Shown piece after piece: positions 22,526 to 34,135 of a stretch of 64,000 bases of DNA (position 1 is its first letter; the number at the start of each line of letters is the position of its first letter). The stretch lies in the NCBI GenBank assembly GCA_000091205.1, contig AP006491.2, one strand, 5' to 3'. The stretch comes from Cyanidioschyzon merolae. Its lineage: Eukaryota. A model generated the notes under the pieces. It worked only from the letters and a program-made list of their open reading frames with translations, searched no databases and was not told the DNA's origin. The translations under genes were made by a program, and so were the position numbers.

Positions 22526-24445
22526 ATGTCACTCTCCGTGCAGCGCATCCACGAGCTATGGTTAGAGGAGTTGCAGGGATTGGGCGCCGCCCCGGACCAT
22601 CCTACAGAACCGGTAAAATTCTTGCACAGCATCCAACTCCCTAATCGAGCGACGATTCCGCGCCTGGTCTGCCGCAACGGGCGCTGGCTGCTGCTTAGTC
22701 AGGAGAGGCAGCGTCTGCAGCTATTGGCCGGAACTCTTGTTCGCATTCGTGGTATGGTGCAGCACCACGGTGAAGAACAATACTGCCCTTGGGGCACCGT
22801 CAACGAGTACACCGCGACGTTTTCCTGTGGTTTCGCCCCAGAACTGGGGCCACTCGAAACCGTGACGCATGACCAGCTCGCGTCCGAGACGCCTGAAACG
22901 AACTGCTGGGTGGCGCGACGCCCGCTTTTTCTCGAGCCCGTGCCGGGCGATCGCTTCTATTCGTTCGACGAGTTTCTGGTCAGTTCGTCAAAGGGCGTCG
23001 GCGACGAGGCGGCACTCATCGACATTCTCGCAGATGATACTGCTAACAGCAACGAAAGCGGTAATGAAAGCGTTGAGCGCACCGAATGTCGTCAGTGCCC
23101 AAATGCGACACACGGAGGCCAAGTGCAGTTCAGCAGCAACGGCTGCAGTCGCGCTAGCGGCATGCCGAGTGAGGCGACGACCTTGGCGGCCCAGAGTAGG
23201 CAGGCCGCGTCCGTTGTCGTGTACACATATGGCAACATGTCTGAGCACTCCAAGCTGAATGAGATCGTGGAGGCCATTGGTTTCTTGGAACTCCGCGACG
23301 GTTCCCAGCTTTCCGGATGCCTGGATGATCGTCGCGATACTGCAGACTCGGACATTTGCACTGACATAGAGCAGCAGCTCGTTGTTCACGCGCTTCGAGT
23401 CGAATCCGCGGCTCGAGTACGTGTCGAAACGGGTGACGGATCCACGATGAACCAGATAGCTGTGTCCCGTGTTGACGAAGGAAAACTCGCAGATCCGTAC
23501 TGGCGCCTGCAGTCCTTCTTGAACAAGTTCCTCTTCCGTGACCGTGATCATCTCGCGGCGTCGTATCTTGTCTATACCTTGATCGGATCGCGAGGACCCC
23601 GACCAGCCACACGAATTGTGCTCCAACTGAGCTTGCCGCGAGACACGGACTCCATAGCGGCAAAGCGCTTCGCTCGGCGCCTGTATCGCGTGCTGGCGAT
23701 GCTGAACGTATGCTGCCAACGTCTACGCGTCTCGGTGGCGGCACTCAATGGGAGCTCCTGGACGCCGCACCAGCGTGCCGGGGAAGACCGACTGGAGCCT
23801 ACGGTGTTGCAATTGCCCCGCGAAGCTGCCTTGGTCGTTGATGAAACCTATCTCGAGTCCAGCGGTGGAAGCTTGAACCAAACAGGTGTACAGAATATGC
23901 GAACACTCGCTGATGTACTCGGTAGCGGGACCATTCGGTATCCCTACGCTTACACGGAGGGGCTGCTTTTCGAGGTTGACTGGTCCATAGTCCTGCTTAC
24001 GATTGGACGCGGCCTGGTTCCTCAGGCTATGCTGCACGCTGCGCACACCATCAAGCGTGTGCAGCTGGATGCATCCGTCTTGGATGCAGACGACGCCGGG
24101 CTCGAGAGCAATGCGCATTCGCTGCGCGACCTGCTCCCAGTGTCGGATATTGTTGCGTCCCGCGAGGCGCTGGCGTGCATACGGCATCGTGCATGGCCGA
24201 CTATTCCCGATGATGTGGCTTCTTTCATCGAGAGCGATTTCGTCCGTTTGCGCCAAGAAGCGAGAACCCGATGCCTGCAAAACATTGATGGTCCGGCAGC
24301 ACCAGACGCCGAAGCCCTCGACACCATGCTGCGCCTGGCTATCTTGGAGTCTCGAGCCCGCGGGGAGCACCAAGTCTCTAGGGAGCGTTGGGAACAGATC
24401 AGGGCTATTGAGCAGGAGCGACACCAACGTGTTTCTGGCTCATAA
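22526..24445 (+). CDS. MCMBP: MCM-binding protein (MCMBP)-like protein
   Basis: The ORF is 639 aa, close in size to metazoan and plant MCMBP. Blocks with MCMBP-like order are YLVYTLIGSR, ALVVDETYLESSGGSLNQTGVQNMRTLADVL (compare [29 protein letters not shown]) and the C-terminal DFVRLRQEA...LRLAILESRARGEHQVSRERWEQIRAIEQER (compare DFVEMRKND...ARCLSLSAGQTSLSRERWLRAKQLES). I identified it from memory of the family, not from a search. Confidence 0.5.
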   Translation: MSLSVQRIHELWLEELQGLGAAPDHPTEPVKFLHSIQLPNRATIPRLVCRNGRWLLLSQERQRLQLLAGTLVRIRGMVQHHGEEQYCPWGTVNEYTATFSCGFAPELGPLETVTHDQLASETPETNCWVARRPLFLEPVPGDRFYSFDEFLVSSSKGVGDEAALIDILADDTANSNESGNESVERTECRQCPNATHGGQVQFSSNGCSRASGMPSEATTLAAQSRQAASVVVYTYGNMSEHSKLNEIVEAIGFLELRDGSQLSGCLDDRRDTADSDICTDIEQQLVVHALRVESAARVRVETGDGSTMNQIAVSRVDEGKLADPYWRLQSFLNKFLFRDRDHLAASYLVYTLIGSRGPRPATRIVLQLSLPRDTDSIAAKRFARRLYRVLAMLNVCCQRLRVSVAALNGSSWTPHQRAGEDRLEPTVLQLPREAALVVDETYLESSGGSLNQTGVQNMRTLADVLGSGTIRYPYAYTEGLLFEVDWSIVLLTIGRGLVPQAMLHAAHTIKRVQLDASVLDADDAGLESNAHSLRDLLPVSDIVASREALACIRHRAWPTIPDDVASFIESDFVRLRQEARTRCLQNIDGPAAPDAEALDTMLRLAILESRARGEHQVSRERWEQIRAIEQERHQRVSGS

Positions 24446-26885
24446 GTCTGGACCTCGGCAGGTCTTTGCTGGGTAGCACGTGGTGCAAGGCGTCCGCTGT
24501 CAGGCCTGCGGCGGAATGGAGCGCGGACCCAGTCCGTAGCATACCAGAGGACTTTTGAACGGCTGGCCGTAAGCAGCACATGATGCGCATCCCTTCATTC
24601 CCTGCAAGGTCAAGGTTTTCATCGTTCAGAATCAGGGACGCCAACCAGATTCCGCCCGAGCAGGCACAGCATCCATGATGGAGGCAGATGCGAGTGGCGG
24701 CGAGACGTCGAGAGCAATGCGCTACCATGCGTTGGTGCTTGGACAGCCACGTGGTGCGTTCCTCTCAAGACACTGGATGCGCCTTGCATACGGGTATCCC
24801 TGGAGCAGCTACCTAATCCCCAGATGTGGTCGACCGGCGATCAGTCGTTTTCATAGAGCCTTCGGGTCGATGCCGCGCTTCTCAGAGACAGAAATGGGCG
24901 AAGGGCACCAGAACGCGTCCGGATGCCGGCACCTCGCTTGCCGCTGCCAGGTCTTGGATGCTGCTCACAGCATAGCGCATGCTCGGGTCTTTTCAGACGA
25001 TACAGCGTCGAGACTCCCACTTCCATATCCGTTTACTGAAGCACATAGCCGGCCTTGATGACCAAAGTTCGATTCTCTGCACACCGCGGCGTCCTTGGGG
25101 AACCTTTCGCACAAGTGCCGCTGATGGCGTCTGCGATTCTCGCAGACGCCAATCCCGGTGTGCACAAGTCTGCACCAGCCACGACGCCTAGTCGTTCGAT
25201 AGAGAACTGTGTTCGATTCAAGAGCCGCACTGAACTGCTTGCTCTGTTCCTGAATTTCAATATTTTTCCGGACTTGAGATATCCAGCCTCGAGCATCGAT
25301 GTGCAGCGATAACGGATGACGGATTCATACATGGGTTAAGGATCCTCGGTCGTTTTTTTCTCAAGTGGCTGCTTCGACGCTCTGCCGCCGGCATTCCTTC
25401 CATCATCGGTATCGAGATGATTCGCCAAGGCCTCGAGCAAGCCTTCATAAAGTAACCGATATCGTGAACCAAATGAGGTATACAAGCCTCCACGCTTCTC
25501 CTTTGCTTACTTTTGGCGTGTTCAAAGCACACAAGCTTCAAGATTCGGACCTCTCTATTCCAGTACAATGCATGGGCATAACAACTCGCAAGGATGGATT
25601 GACGAGCGAACATACTCGATGCCGCCGCCTGACTTCCTGGTCACAAGCTCAGGCCGGCGCCTCGTCGATCTTGCCCAGCCAACGAATCGATTCTGTCCGA
25701 TACATACATGCACCTCTCTATATGGCCATTTACGAAACGGTATCCAACATGGCGTGATCCCTCCTCGGGAATCTGCTCCAAGAGGCTTCAGTCTGTCATG
25801 GTTGCAGGGTAAGGAGTCATGTACTCGAACTTCTATCATTGCAGCGATCGCTTCCACCGGAGCTTGCATCATCGTTTTACGCAAAGAGAGCGTGTACGGA
25901 CCCAGGTTTCTCGACTTGATCTTCAGGCCGGAATTCGCTTTCAATAGTTGTTCTATCATGGAAAAATTCGCGTTCCACAAATCCTCCGTCGAATGGGAGG
26001 GCGCGCTTCTGCGCATCCAGCCGATAGAGTACTCGCTAACGAGTTCACCTAGAAAGAGCCCGAGATCGTAGGGTACGACACTGGGCGCGAAAACGGAGGA
26101 AGGCGTCGTGCAGCGCCTTTCGTATGACACGGAAACGAGACCCAAACTTTGCCTCGTAAATTCGTGTTAGCTAGGCGGGATCCGTCCCATTAAAGTCAGA
26201 CTTGGATGTTTGAAGAAACGAGTAGGTGAGCGTGTGAGCGCTGGTCCAATAGCATGCGTTCGCTTCGCGCTCCCGCAGGCAGTAGGTCTGTCTGCGCAAC
26301 TCGCAGGCTCCCAGAATGACAATGAATCCCGACCCTGTGCCGAATAAGGCACGCCTCCAGCCGACACCCTCTATGGTATGAGAGAGCCGCTCTGCTGCCG
26401 TGCCACACCTGCACCAGCGATAAAAGCGCTCTGGTGGATACTAGCGACAGGCACTCGGCCTCAGAACAGCACCTATAAAACGACCAGTACACCCGCAAGC
26501 AGGTCCAAGTCAACGCTCTTTAAAATAGAGCGAAGCATGATGGGCGCGCTCAGTGCTTTCGATGTCCATCCCGCACAATCTGGGATCTATGGTTCATAGG
26601 AACGTTGAATCAAAATAGAACAAAAAGACTAAAACTGCCCACGATGAACGCTCCGATCTCGTCGGAGGCACGGCCGGGTGTCGTGCCGCGAGGTGCGTGC
26701 TCGCGGCGCCGCGCCGTGCGCTCGCGGCTCGACGCGGCCTGGATCTGCAGCCGCTGGATTCGCGGAAGACTTTGCACTGTAGGCGTGTGCAGCCGCAGGG
26801 AGTTGTGTGTGTGTGCTTGTGTCTGCGCGTGCGAACACCTTCTTGTTCAGACTTTGACACTTACTTAGCTTGAGCGTTTTCCAGC

Positions 26886-27875
26886 ATGCTAGGCTTTGTA
26901 TCCGGAACTGCTTCCTTGACGAAGAAACGAGGCGGCCGCTCGGCGCAAGCCTGCGGGTCGGCGGTGACGCGTCTGCGGCTGCAAGCGGGTGAGCCGCAGC
27001 CAGTTTTGGCGAAGGGCCGTCTACCCAGTGTGACAGCGTTTGCTGCTGCGGTGCTGCTGGCGGCAGCGACTCACAGCGCAGTTCTAGAGCCGGTGCAAGC
27101 GCTCACTGCTCAGGACGTGCGGCAGCTCTCGTACGAGCAGGTGAAAGGAACGGGCCTTGCCAATCGCTGCCCCGAGGTGGTTTCATCGAAGGGCAAGATA
27201 TCCCTTGACAAGACTAAGAAGTACAAGGTTGTGGATTTGTGCCTGGAACCGAAGCAGTTTCTAGTGGAGGAGGAGGTCGGCCGGCGACGTGGCGAGAGCA
27301 AGCGCGAGTTTGTGGACACCAAGCTGATGACGCGAGCAACCTACACGCTTGCGAATATCGAAGGGGAACTGGTCAATGAGAACGGAACCTGGAAGTTTAT
27401 CGAGAAGGACGGCATGGATTACGCTGCAACAACAGTCCAGATTCCGGGTGGTGAGCGTGTGCCCTTCCTCTTCTCCATCAAGAAACTTGTTGCTTCTCTC
27501 AACAACGCGGACGATGGCATCTCAACGAGTACTGAGCTTGGTGGCGAGTTCAAGGTTCCCAGCTACCGCACCGGTATGTTTCTGGATCCCAAGGGCCGAG
27601 GCATGGCCAATGGCTACGACATGGCTGTTGCGCTTCCGGCACTCGAGGCTGACGGCGCCGTGGGCCAAGAAGTCTTGCGCAAGGAGAATGACAAGGTGTT
27701 CCAGGAAACCTCGGGGCGCATCGAGCTTGCTGTGAACAAGGTTGACCCCACGAGTAACGAGATTGGAGGCGTGTTCGTGAGCGAGCAGCTCTCGGACACG
27801 GACATGGGGGCCAAGGAGCCGAAGAAGCTCCTTCTCAAGGGCGTTTTCTATGCCCGTATCCTGCCGTCAGACTAG
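26886..27875 (+). CDS. psbO: Photosystem II oxygen-evolving enhancer protein 1 (PsbO, 33 kDa manganese-stabilising protein), nuclear-encoded plastid precursor with bipartite stromal and lumenal targeting
   Basis: The mature region reads LSYEQVKGTGLANRCPEV, FKVPSYRTGMFLDPKGRG, GGERVPFLFSIKKLVAS, LKGVFYARI. The presequence MLGFVSGTASLTKKRGG... is followed by a hydrophobic AFAAAVLLAAATHSA lumen-targeting segment. Confidence 0.92.
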   Translation: MLGFVSGTASLTKKRGGRSAQACGSAVTRLRLQAGEPQPVLAKGRLPSVTAFAAAVLLAAATHSAVLEPVQALTAQDVRQLSYEQVKGTGLANRCPEVVSSKGKISLDKTKKYKVVDLCLEPKQFLVEEEVGRRRGESKREFVDTKLMTRATYTLANIEGELVNENGTWKFIEKDGMDYAATTVQIPGGERVPFLFSIKKLVASLNNADDGISTSTELGGEFKVPSYRTGMFLDPKGRGMANGYDMAVALPALEADGAVGQEVLRKENDKVFQETSGRIELAVNKVDPTSNEIGGVFVSEQLSDTDMGAKEPKKLLLKGVFYARILPSD

Positions 27876-30800
27876 TTTCCAGGATCTCTTGCGCAAGTAT
27901 TCTAAGGATAAGGTGTGACCTGGCACGAATCCGTGCCCGCTCAGGGTCGCGGTTGCATCGGCGGGGACTTGGCGTCTTGTAGTAGTTACAACGTAAAGCA
28001 GTGAATTCTGGAATACCCGTACCAGCACGCCCTAACTGCTTTCAGGTAGGTATTCATCAAAACAAATGTTTCCTGTAGATACGAGACAGGTCGCCGGACG
28101 ACTGAATAATGACCATGCTGGCTGGCGAAAAGCGCCATGCTTGAAAAATGCAGTCATTCTACGGTCAGCGGATGGATAAGCCACGTCTCTCCTGCTCCTC
28201 ATTCTTAACGTCGTGCACCTGAAACGGTTTTTGTCAAACTCTATTGCAGGACGCTCTCCTCGTCAATCGATGCGTTGTTTAGGAAATACCACGAGAAGAG
28301 CCACAAGCAGTGCATTCTCCATTCCGTTGGTACGAGCGTTGATCAAGAGACCCGAATGGATGCAGAAAACAGCGCGCGTCTATGGGAGCGAATCCCGTGT
28401 TGATCAACGCACTGTCGACTCGAGACTGTTACGCGAACGTGCACGACATGAGGACAGACATTCGTCTCACTCGACGAAACCTCGTTCGGGGGAAACGTCA
28501 GACCTTTGTATGGGCACTCAGAGAGGAGCAATTCGGTGTTCTTTAGAAAGAGAAAAGGGATAAGACGAGAATGTCAGCCCTGGTGACGATTCGTTCGTAT
28601 GGTAGGCCCCACAAAAAGCCCACTGGACAAGAGCTTCGAAAATCCATTTTTCGTTGAAACGCTCCGAGCATATACCTATTGATATTCTTTCGCCCTGCTC
28701 GTGGATTACGTCATTTCGTATCATTCAAAAGTGGTCAAGTGGTAAGCGACTGAGATTCATGTTGAGCTGCTCTTCGCGCCAGTCAGTTCTCCCAGGTTTC
28801 ATGGAGTCCTGGACGTCTTTCCCTTTTGTCCAACGCGACTTGGACGCTCACATATCTGTAGACGGGTCACTTGCATCCGTGACACTGTTCTTCAGCACGT
28901 TACTCTCTAGTTTCAACAATTCTGGAACACACTGCTCCTCCTCTGCTCATGCTGGGCAAGGTGCTGTTCGTTTCGTGGGCGCGCTCGCGACCGAGAACAT
29001 GACAAAAAAGTACCCGAAAGATAGTAGATATCCACATGCATGGGAAAGGCGAGCCTCTGTGCTACCGTTCACCCAGTACACCTGAATCCCCTGGAAGAAA
29101 AAGATATGATGTAGAGTGACCACATCCATGGCATCCTGCCGATTAAAGAGAACGAAGAAGGCTATTGAGAAGGAACCACGAGACAATGAATTGAAAGATC
29201 CTTCCGTAAATGGAACCTGGAAGCTCAGGAAGGAGAAACTGTTGAAGCGGAAACATTGGACCAAAAAACCTGTCGAATCCTCTGCCTTGAAAATCATCAA
29301 CAGGAAGCATCTGTCGTTAGGATCTGGGACGTCGTTAGAGATCGTGTAGCCTCTCACTCGAGGAAGGAGTCGCGCATAGTTTCCCTCGTCATGAAACACC
29401 GCGTCAAGCAGTTGTTCGAGGGAGTTCCGCATGCATAGCTGCCGTCTGCCCACAATTCTACCGGAATTTCTCGATCAGATCTCTGTACGATATTCAAACC
29501 ATTGCTCGTGACAGATCATCCAACAAGGCCTGATCATTGGATCAGAGATTTCCGCAGAGAAACACATACATACATACATCCACAAACGCTTCCCAGAAAA
29601 ACTTGACGTGTTGCCGCGCTTCAAAAACGTCGGCAGGGCAAGTACCAAAAAAGAATCAAACTATCCAACTTCAAAACCCACATGTAGGTCCAGCGCTTCG
29701 CAATCTGCACTCGGTAAGCCTTGTATACTGAACTCTGTGGTCAACGAGAGTGGAGACCGATGGAAGGAATTTTTGAGGTGCCGCGGGAGGCGGATGACAA
29801 GCCCCTGGCCGAGGAGATTGAAAAGGTCGTGCGTTCGGAGCTTATGTCGCAAGGAGAGCAAGACTAAACCCAGATTGTCCCAGCTCGTTGTATTGCCATT
29901 GGCGTCGGACTAGTCGACGTCGAATCCGAAAGATGGCCGGGGACACCAGGCTGCATTCCTTGCATCTTGCGCGAAGACGATTCCCTGAACAGCACCCTCA
30001 GGAACAGAGCAGACGTTCTCTCCGAATCGGGCGCCCTGGCCTCCTCAAAAAAGCGTATGCGATGCAGTCTCCATAGGTGACATTCTGGCCTATCCCATCA
30101 GGGTCGTGAGTCATGCGCTGTCCTGTATGGTGTCTCTAGTGAGCTACGGCTGCTCTCCGCACGCAAGTGTGAAGTATTCGAACCAGCGCACGAAGCGCAC
30201 TGGCGTTGTTCGTACATGTTCTCCCGTTTTATTCATCGACAAACTGGAAAGAATATTTCGGGGACTCTACAGACAGACGGAATACCGAGGTGCAGGTACA
30301 CCACGAAACCTACGCCGCACTCGAGTAACGAGACACATTTTCAACCGGCCCAAGTGGATACAGATAAAAACGGTAGAATATTCGTGGATTCCGCTTTGCA
30401 GGGCGTTGTCGTCATCGCTGTATCTCTGAATGAAGAGCACAGAGCCAAAGTCGTGGACAGGAAGCGGTTGAACCTGATCAGTTTTTTGAAGGCTCAGTAT
30501 CATCGGAATTCGGGCATGCTAGGTGCCAGGACACCAACGAACAAGTGGAATGGAGTGACGGGGTCAGGACCGAAATCGACGCACTAAGCACCGTATTGAG
30601 CAGAAGGGGATGCTTTCGAAGCGTCGTTCAGAGACTATTGGAGCGTCCAAATGACTCATATGGATGACGTTTGGCAGAGGTACACGAAAGTCACGCTGAT
30701 GACGCCAACTGTTCCGGTTGTTTGGAGCTCCGCGACGTGCTTTCAGCAACTGGGTCAGTACGTTGGAAATAGAAACGGCGTACAAGTCGGGTATTTGGAT

Positions 30801-33214
30801 TTATTCCATGGCGATAAATACGCAGTTCAGCGCATAGCTGCGCTTATACTCCTTCAACGTGAGCGCACAACGAGTAACCGATTCCATTCTATACAATTCC
30901 CATCGAAGCAATCAGGAAGACATCCACACGTCACGAGCACGGGTGCCTGCTGAAACTGGTAGACAAGTCGCGCATGAAACAGAGCAGAACGTACGATATG
31001 GAGTCCGACCAGTTGACCAAACATCAGATGACGGTACAATCGAAAGTGAGAGGTTCGCTATGGTATGGTTCCAACGGCGAAAAGGCGCGCAAACTCTTTC
31101 CCCACCCGGTCTTGAAGGTCTCGATCGACATCCGCAAATCTGGACTACACCCGAAGGTTCCAGCGGTAAAGTTCCGCGCGAACCTGCAAGCGAATCATCT
31201 TGTACTCCATATGGACATCGTGCTGAAACGCTGAAGAATTCCACTGAGATAAAGCGTTGACCTGGGGGCTGCGGGCACTGGATTCCCATCTGGAGCAACG
31301 CACTCATATGGTACAGTTCAGCAATTCATCAAGGTAAGTGCGCCGAATGGATCTGCTTCTGGGACGGTTTCCACGGGCAACTGGTGATCCATCATTGTGT
31401 TCCAGTATTCAGTATGATTGAGAATACGACGTAAACACTGTTGGAGCACAACGCTTGAGGGCGCTCGCTGCTCCACGTGCCCAAACGCCACCAAGGAGTA
31501 GCGAGCAGCAGCAAGCATCATGCCCGTACGAGTGTGGTGTGCAGGGCACTCCTTTTGTCTGCGGATATAGCGCTTTTCATGGTTGTGGACAGGAAAATCT
31601 CACTAGATTTGTACGCCGGAGCAATGACCGGGGAAGAGAACTCAGCTTCTCCGAAGATGGGGTCCCGTTCCAATACCACCACCACCACCACCACCAGTAC
31701 GGAAGGCATGCTGCCGAGGCGTCCAGTCTTGATCCAGCGACCCTGCAGCTACTGATCCTCCCACAGACGTTTGCTGATGTGTCGCATACGCTGTGATCAA
31801 CGCGCGCTACTACTACCACTGGCAAAGCTGCGAGCTCCACCCAAAAGCAGCATGGCGTTGCAATGTCTCTGAAACGAGTGTCAGCTCGCGGCAATGTATG
31901 CAGCGTACCAAGGTGCAACTCGAGGCGTTGCTCGTCAATGCGTATCGGGCGCGCGCTCTCTCTTTCTCTCTTTCGCTTCAAATCAGCAGCCCTTGCACTT
32001 GGTCCACGAACGCATACACTCAGGAATATTCCGCACAAAAATAGCGTGGCCCTTAGAGTGGTGGATCACGTAGATATTGACTTGCCGACACGAGCAGGGC
32101 ATGAGCTGTGACTGCTCGTTGCAGACACGAGCGCCTACTCTGTAGCAGCACGTCCAACCGACAGTGCAGATGCGTGGAAACGAACTGAGGCCATCCAGTT
32201 CGTCACTCGCGTGACCCATGGCGTAGCGCATCCTCCTTGATTCCCCAGTCATTTGGTTTTGATATTGCACAGTGTGCGACATCGCCGTGTGCACGGATAT
32301 TGTTCGACGTCAGCGAAGCCTCGACTTGTCTGCACCGCCTCAAATGAGGAAGAACGTTCGTATAAACGTAAGCACAAGCACACGCACTGATGCACAGAGA
32401 CCATGTGGTGACCTGTTTGGGGAATCGTAGCTCCGTTACATAGCATCGATGCTTCATCACGCTCGTCCACGAGTGATGTGACCTGAGTTCCGATCAAGCC
32501 CTGGCCGCCGTGTTCGTTATGAATGTCGTCACTGGAGTTGCTCCTTCGTTTGCCGTTGCTCATAATAACACTCGTGTACAGCAAGGAACGAAATGATGCT
32601 CCAAAGTACACAATTGAACAAGACCGCGGCATGCGCTGCCCGCGTCAGCACCCGCAGTCCACCGAGCACGACATGTTAGGGTGTTGCAGGTGCGCCCCAA
32701 GGATGCGTTGGTCATTTGAGACATTCGCTGGAGACAGGATTGCATCTGCATTGCCAACAGGACGGTCACTTGCGCATGCTCTCAGTTAAACGAACCATTT
32801 ACCGTGCTCCTTGGAGGCTACACGCGTTTTGCCACGATGGTCGCCTGTCGTGGCGGCCGCTTTGGCAAGCAATTGTCCCATGCACGCTGTCGCACAGAGC
32901 CCGGCGCGTCGTCGCCCTCATCATGGCATCAAACGGGTTGCTGAGCGTACCGCGGCTCCTGTCCAGCTCGACAGGAATCGTTCAGTCGTACAGGCCAGCA
33001 TCAACGCTGCGCAGACAATCACAGAAAAAGCGCTACCACTTCCCGATGATGAAATCTACAGAACTGCGACCTGTGCGAGGTTGTACGGGAGCTGCAGGAT
33101 AGAATCTCCATGTAGGCGTCCATGATGTGACGTTTCGGGATTCGCTGCACTGCACGGACTGCTTCATTCTCTAAAACAGAGGTGAAACGCAGCGCAGGCG
33201 CCAAATGCTGCCTT

Positions 33215-34135
33215 TCATGAGCTTGACGCTCGAAACGTATCATCGTCCAGTGTGCAATAGATATGGCCCTCGTTCTGGAGCGCGTCGCAAATACCGCGCA
33301 CTTTCGTCGTGCTGAGCGCTATCCTTTGCGCAATGTCCGTCAGCATCGCGTCGCGATTCCGTGCGGTCTCCTCTCGAATGCATTTGAGAACTTTGAAATG
33401 TTCAGGAGGAAACGCTGCTGGGATTTCCAGACCAGGAGCTTGCTGGGCCATCTCCTTGGGTGCCCCAGATCCCAGCGAACTGCGATGCACCGCTTTGCTG
33501 GGTCCCGCCTTTGGTGATGCCGGCGACGATGACGCGCCTGCGAGGGCGTTCCCCGCGGTTGGATACCCTCGAATGAGTTGCAGTTTCGACAGCTGACACA
33601 AATTTTCGTGATATCTGAGTTCAACCTCACCGTCCGCTTTGCGTATGGCGCGCACGTTGAGGACTCGCCTGCCGTCCACTTCGAGCAACTGTCCGAAAAC
33701 CCGTACAAGAATCCCGCTCTGCTCGAGCGCTGCAAGCGAGCTACTACTCGTGCTAGCCATACGGGCCCAAATCATTTCACCACTCCTGTCGTCGAGAAGC
33801 CATAAAAGATCAAGAGGTTGCTCCCTCAGTTCTTCCACGTAAGCTACTACCTTCACAATCGAGCCCTCTGATATGGTGATGCTCTGGTGTTCATTCTCAT
33901 CACGCAGAACAAACGTATTCGTCACTGGATCATGGACTGCATGCACCAGATCAGCGACACGGACTGGGAGTAAACTTCTACGCTGGTCACGTAACGAGGA
34001 CCCCGAGCCGACTCCAAACCGTGTTGAAGCGTTTCCGCCGGTACGCGCCGGTGACTCGGGGAGAAAACCGCCGCCTCCGTAGGCGCCGTACGTGTTTGAA
34101 TAGTCCATAAGAACGTCAGCTTGCGTCAGTTGCAA
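33215..34135 (-). CDS. RPA2: Replication protein A 32 kDa subunit (RPA2)-like protein. It has an OB fold plus a C-terminal winged helix.
   Basis: A Gly-rich N-terminus is followed by an OB-fold-like core (VADLVHAV...FVLRDENEHQSITISEGSIVKVVAYVEEL...ILVRVFGQLLEVDGRRVLNVRAIR). A C-terminal block fits a winged helix (HFKVLKCIREETARNRDAMLTDIAQRIALSTTKVRGICDALQNEGHIYCTLDDD). Confidence 0.5.
   Translation of the reverse strand: MQLTQADVLMDYSNTYGAYGGGGFLPESPARTGGNASTRFGVGSGSSLRDQRRSLLPVRVADLVHAVHDPVTNTFVLRDENEHQSITISEGSIVKVVAYVEELREQPLDLLWLLDDRSGEMIWARMASTSSSSLAALEQSGILVRVFGQLLEVDGRRVLNVRAIRKADGEVELRYHENLCQLSKLQLIRGYPTAGNALAGASSSPASPKAGPSKAVHRSSLGSGAPKEMAQQAPGLEIPAAFPPEHFKVLKCIREETARNRDAMLTDIAQRIALSTTKVRGICDALQNEGHIYCTLDDDTFRASSS

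Noticed and set aside
26886-27875. A secondary-plastid (chromerid, dinoflagellate or stramenopile) origin for the plastid-protein genes
   Set aside because: Neither the PsbO nor the PetC presequence begins with a signal-peptide-like hydrophobic stretch. Both look like single-compartment primary transit peptides, so a bipartite ER-routed precursor is not supported.
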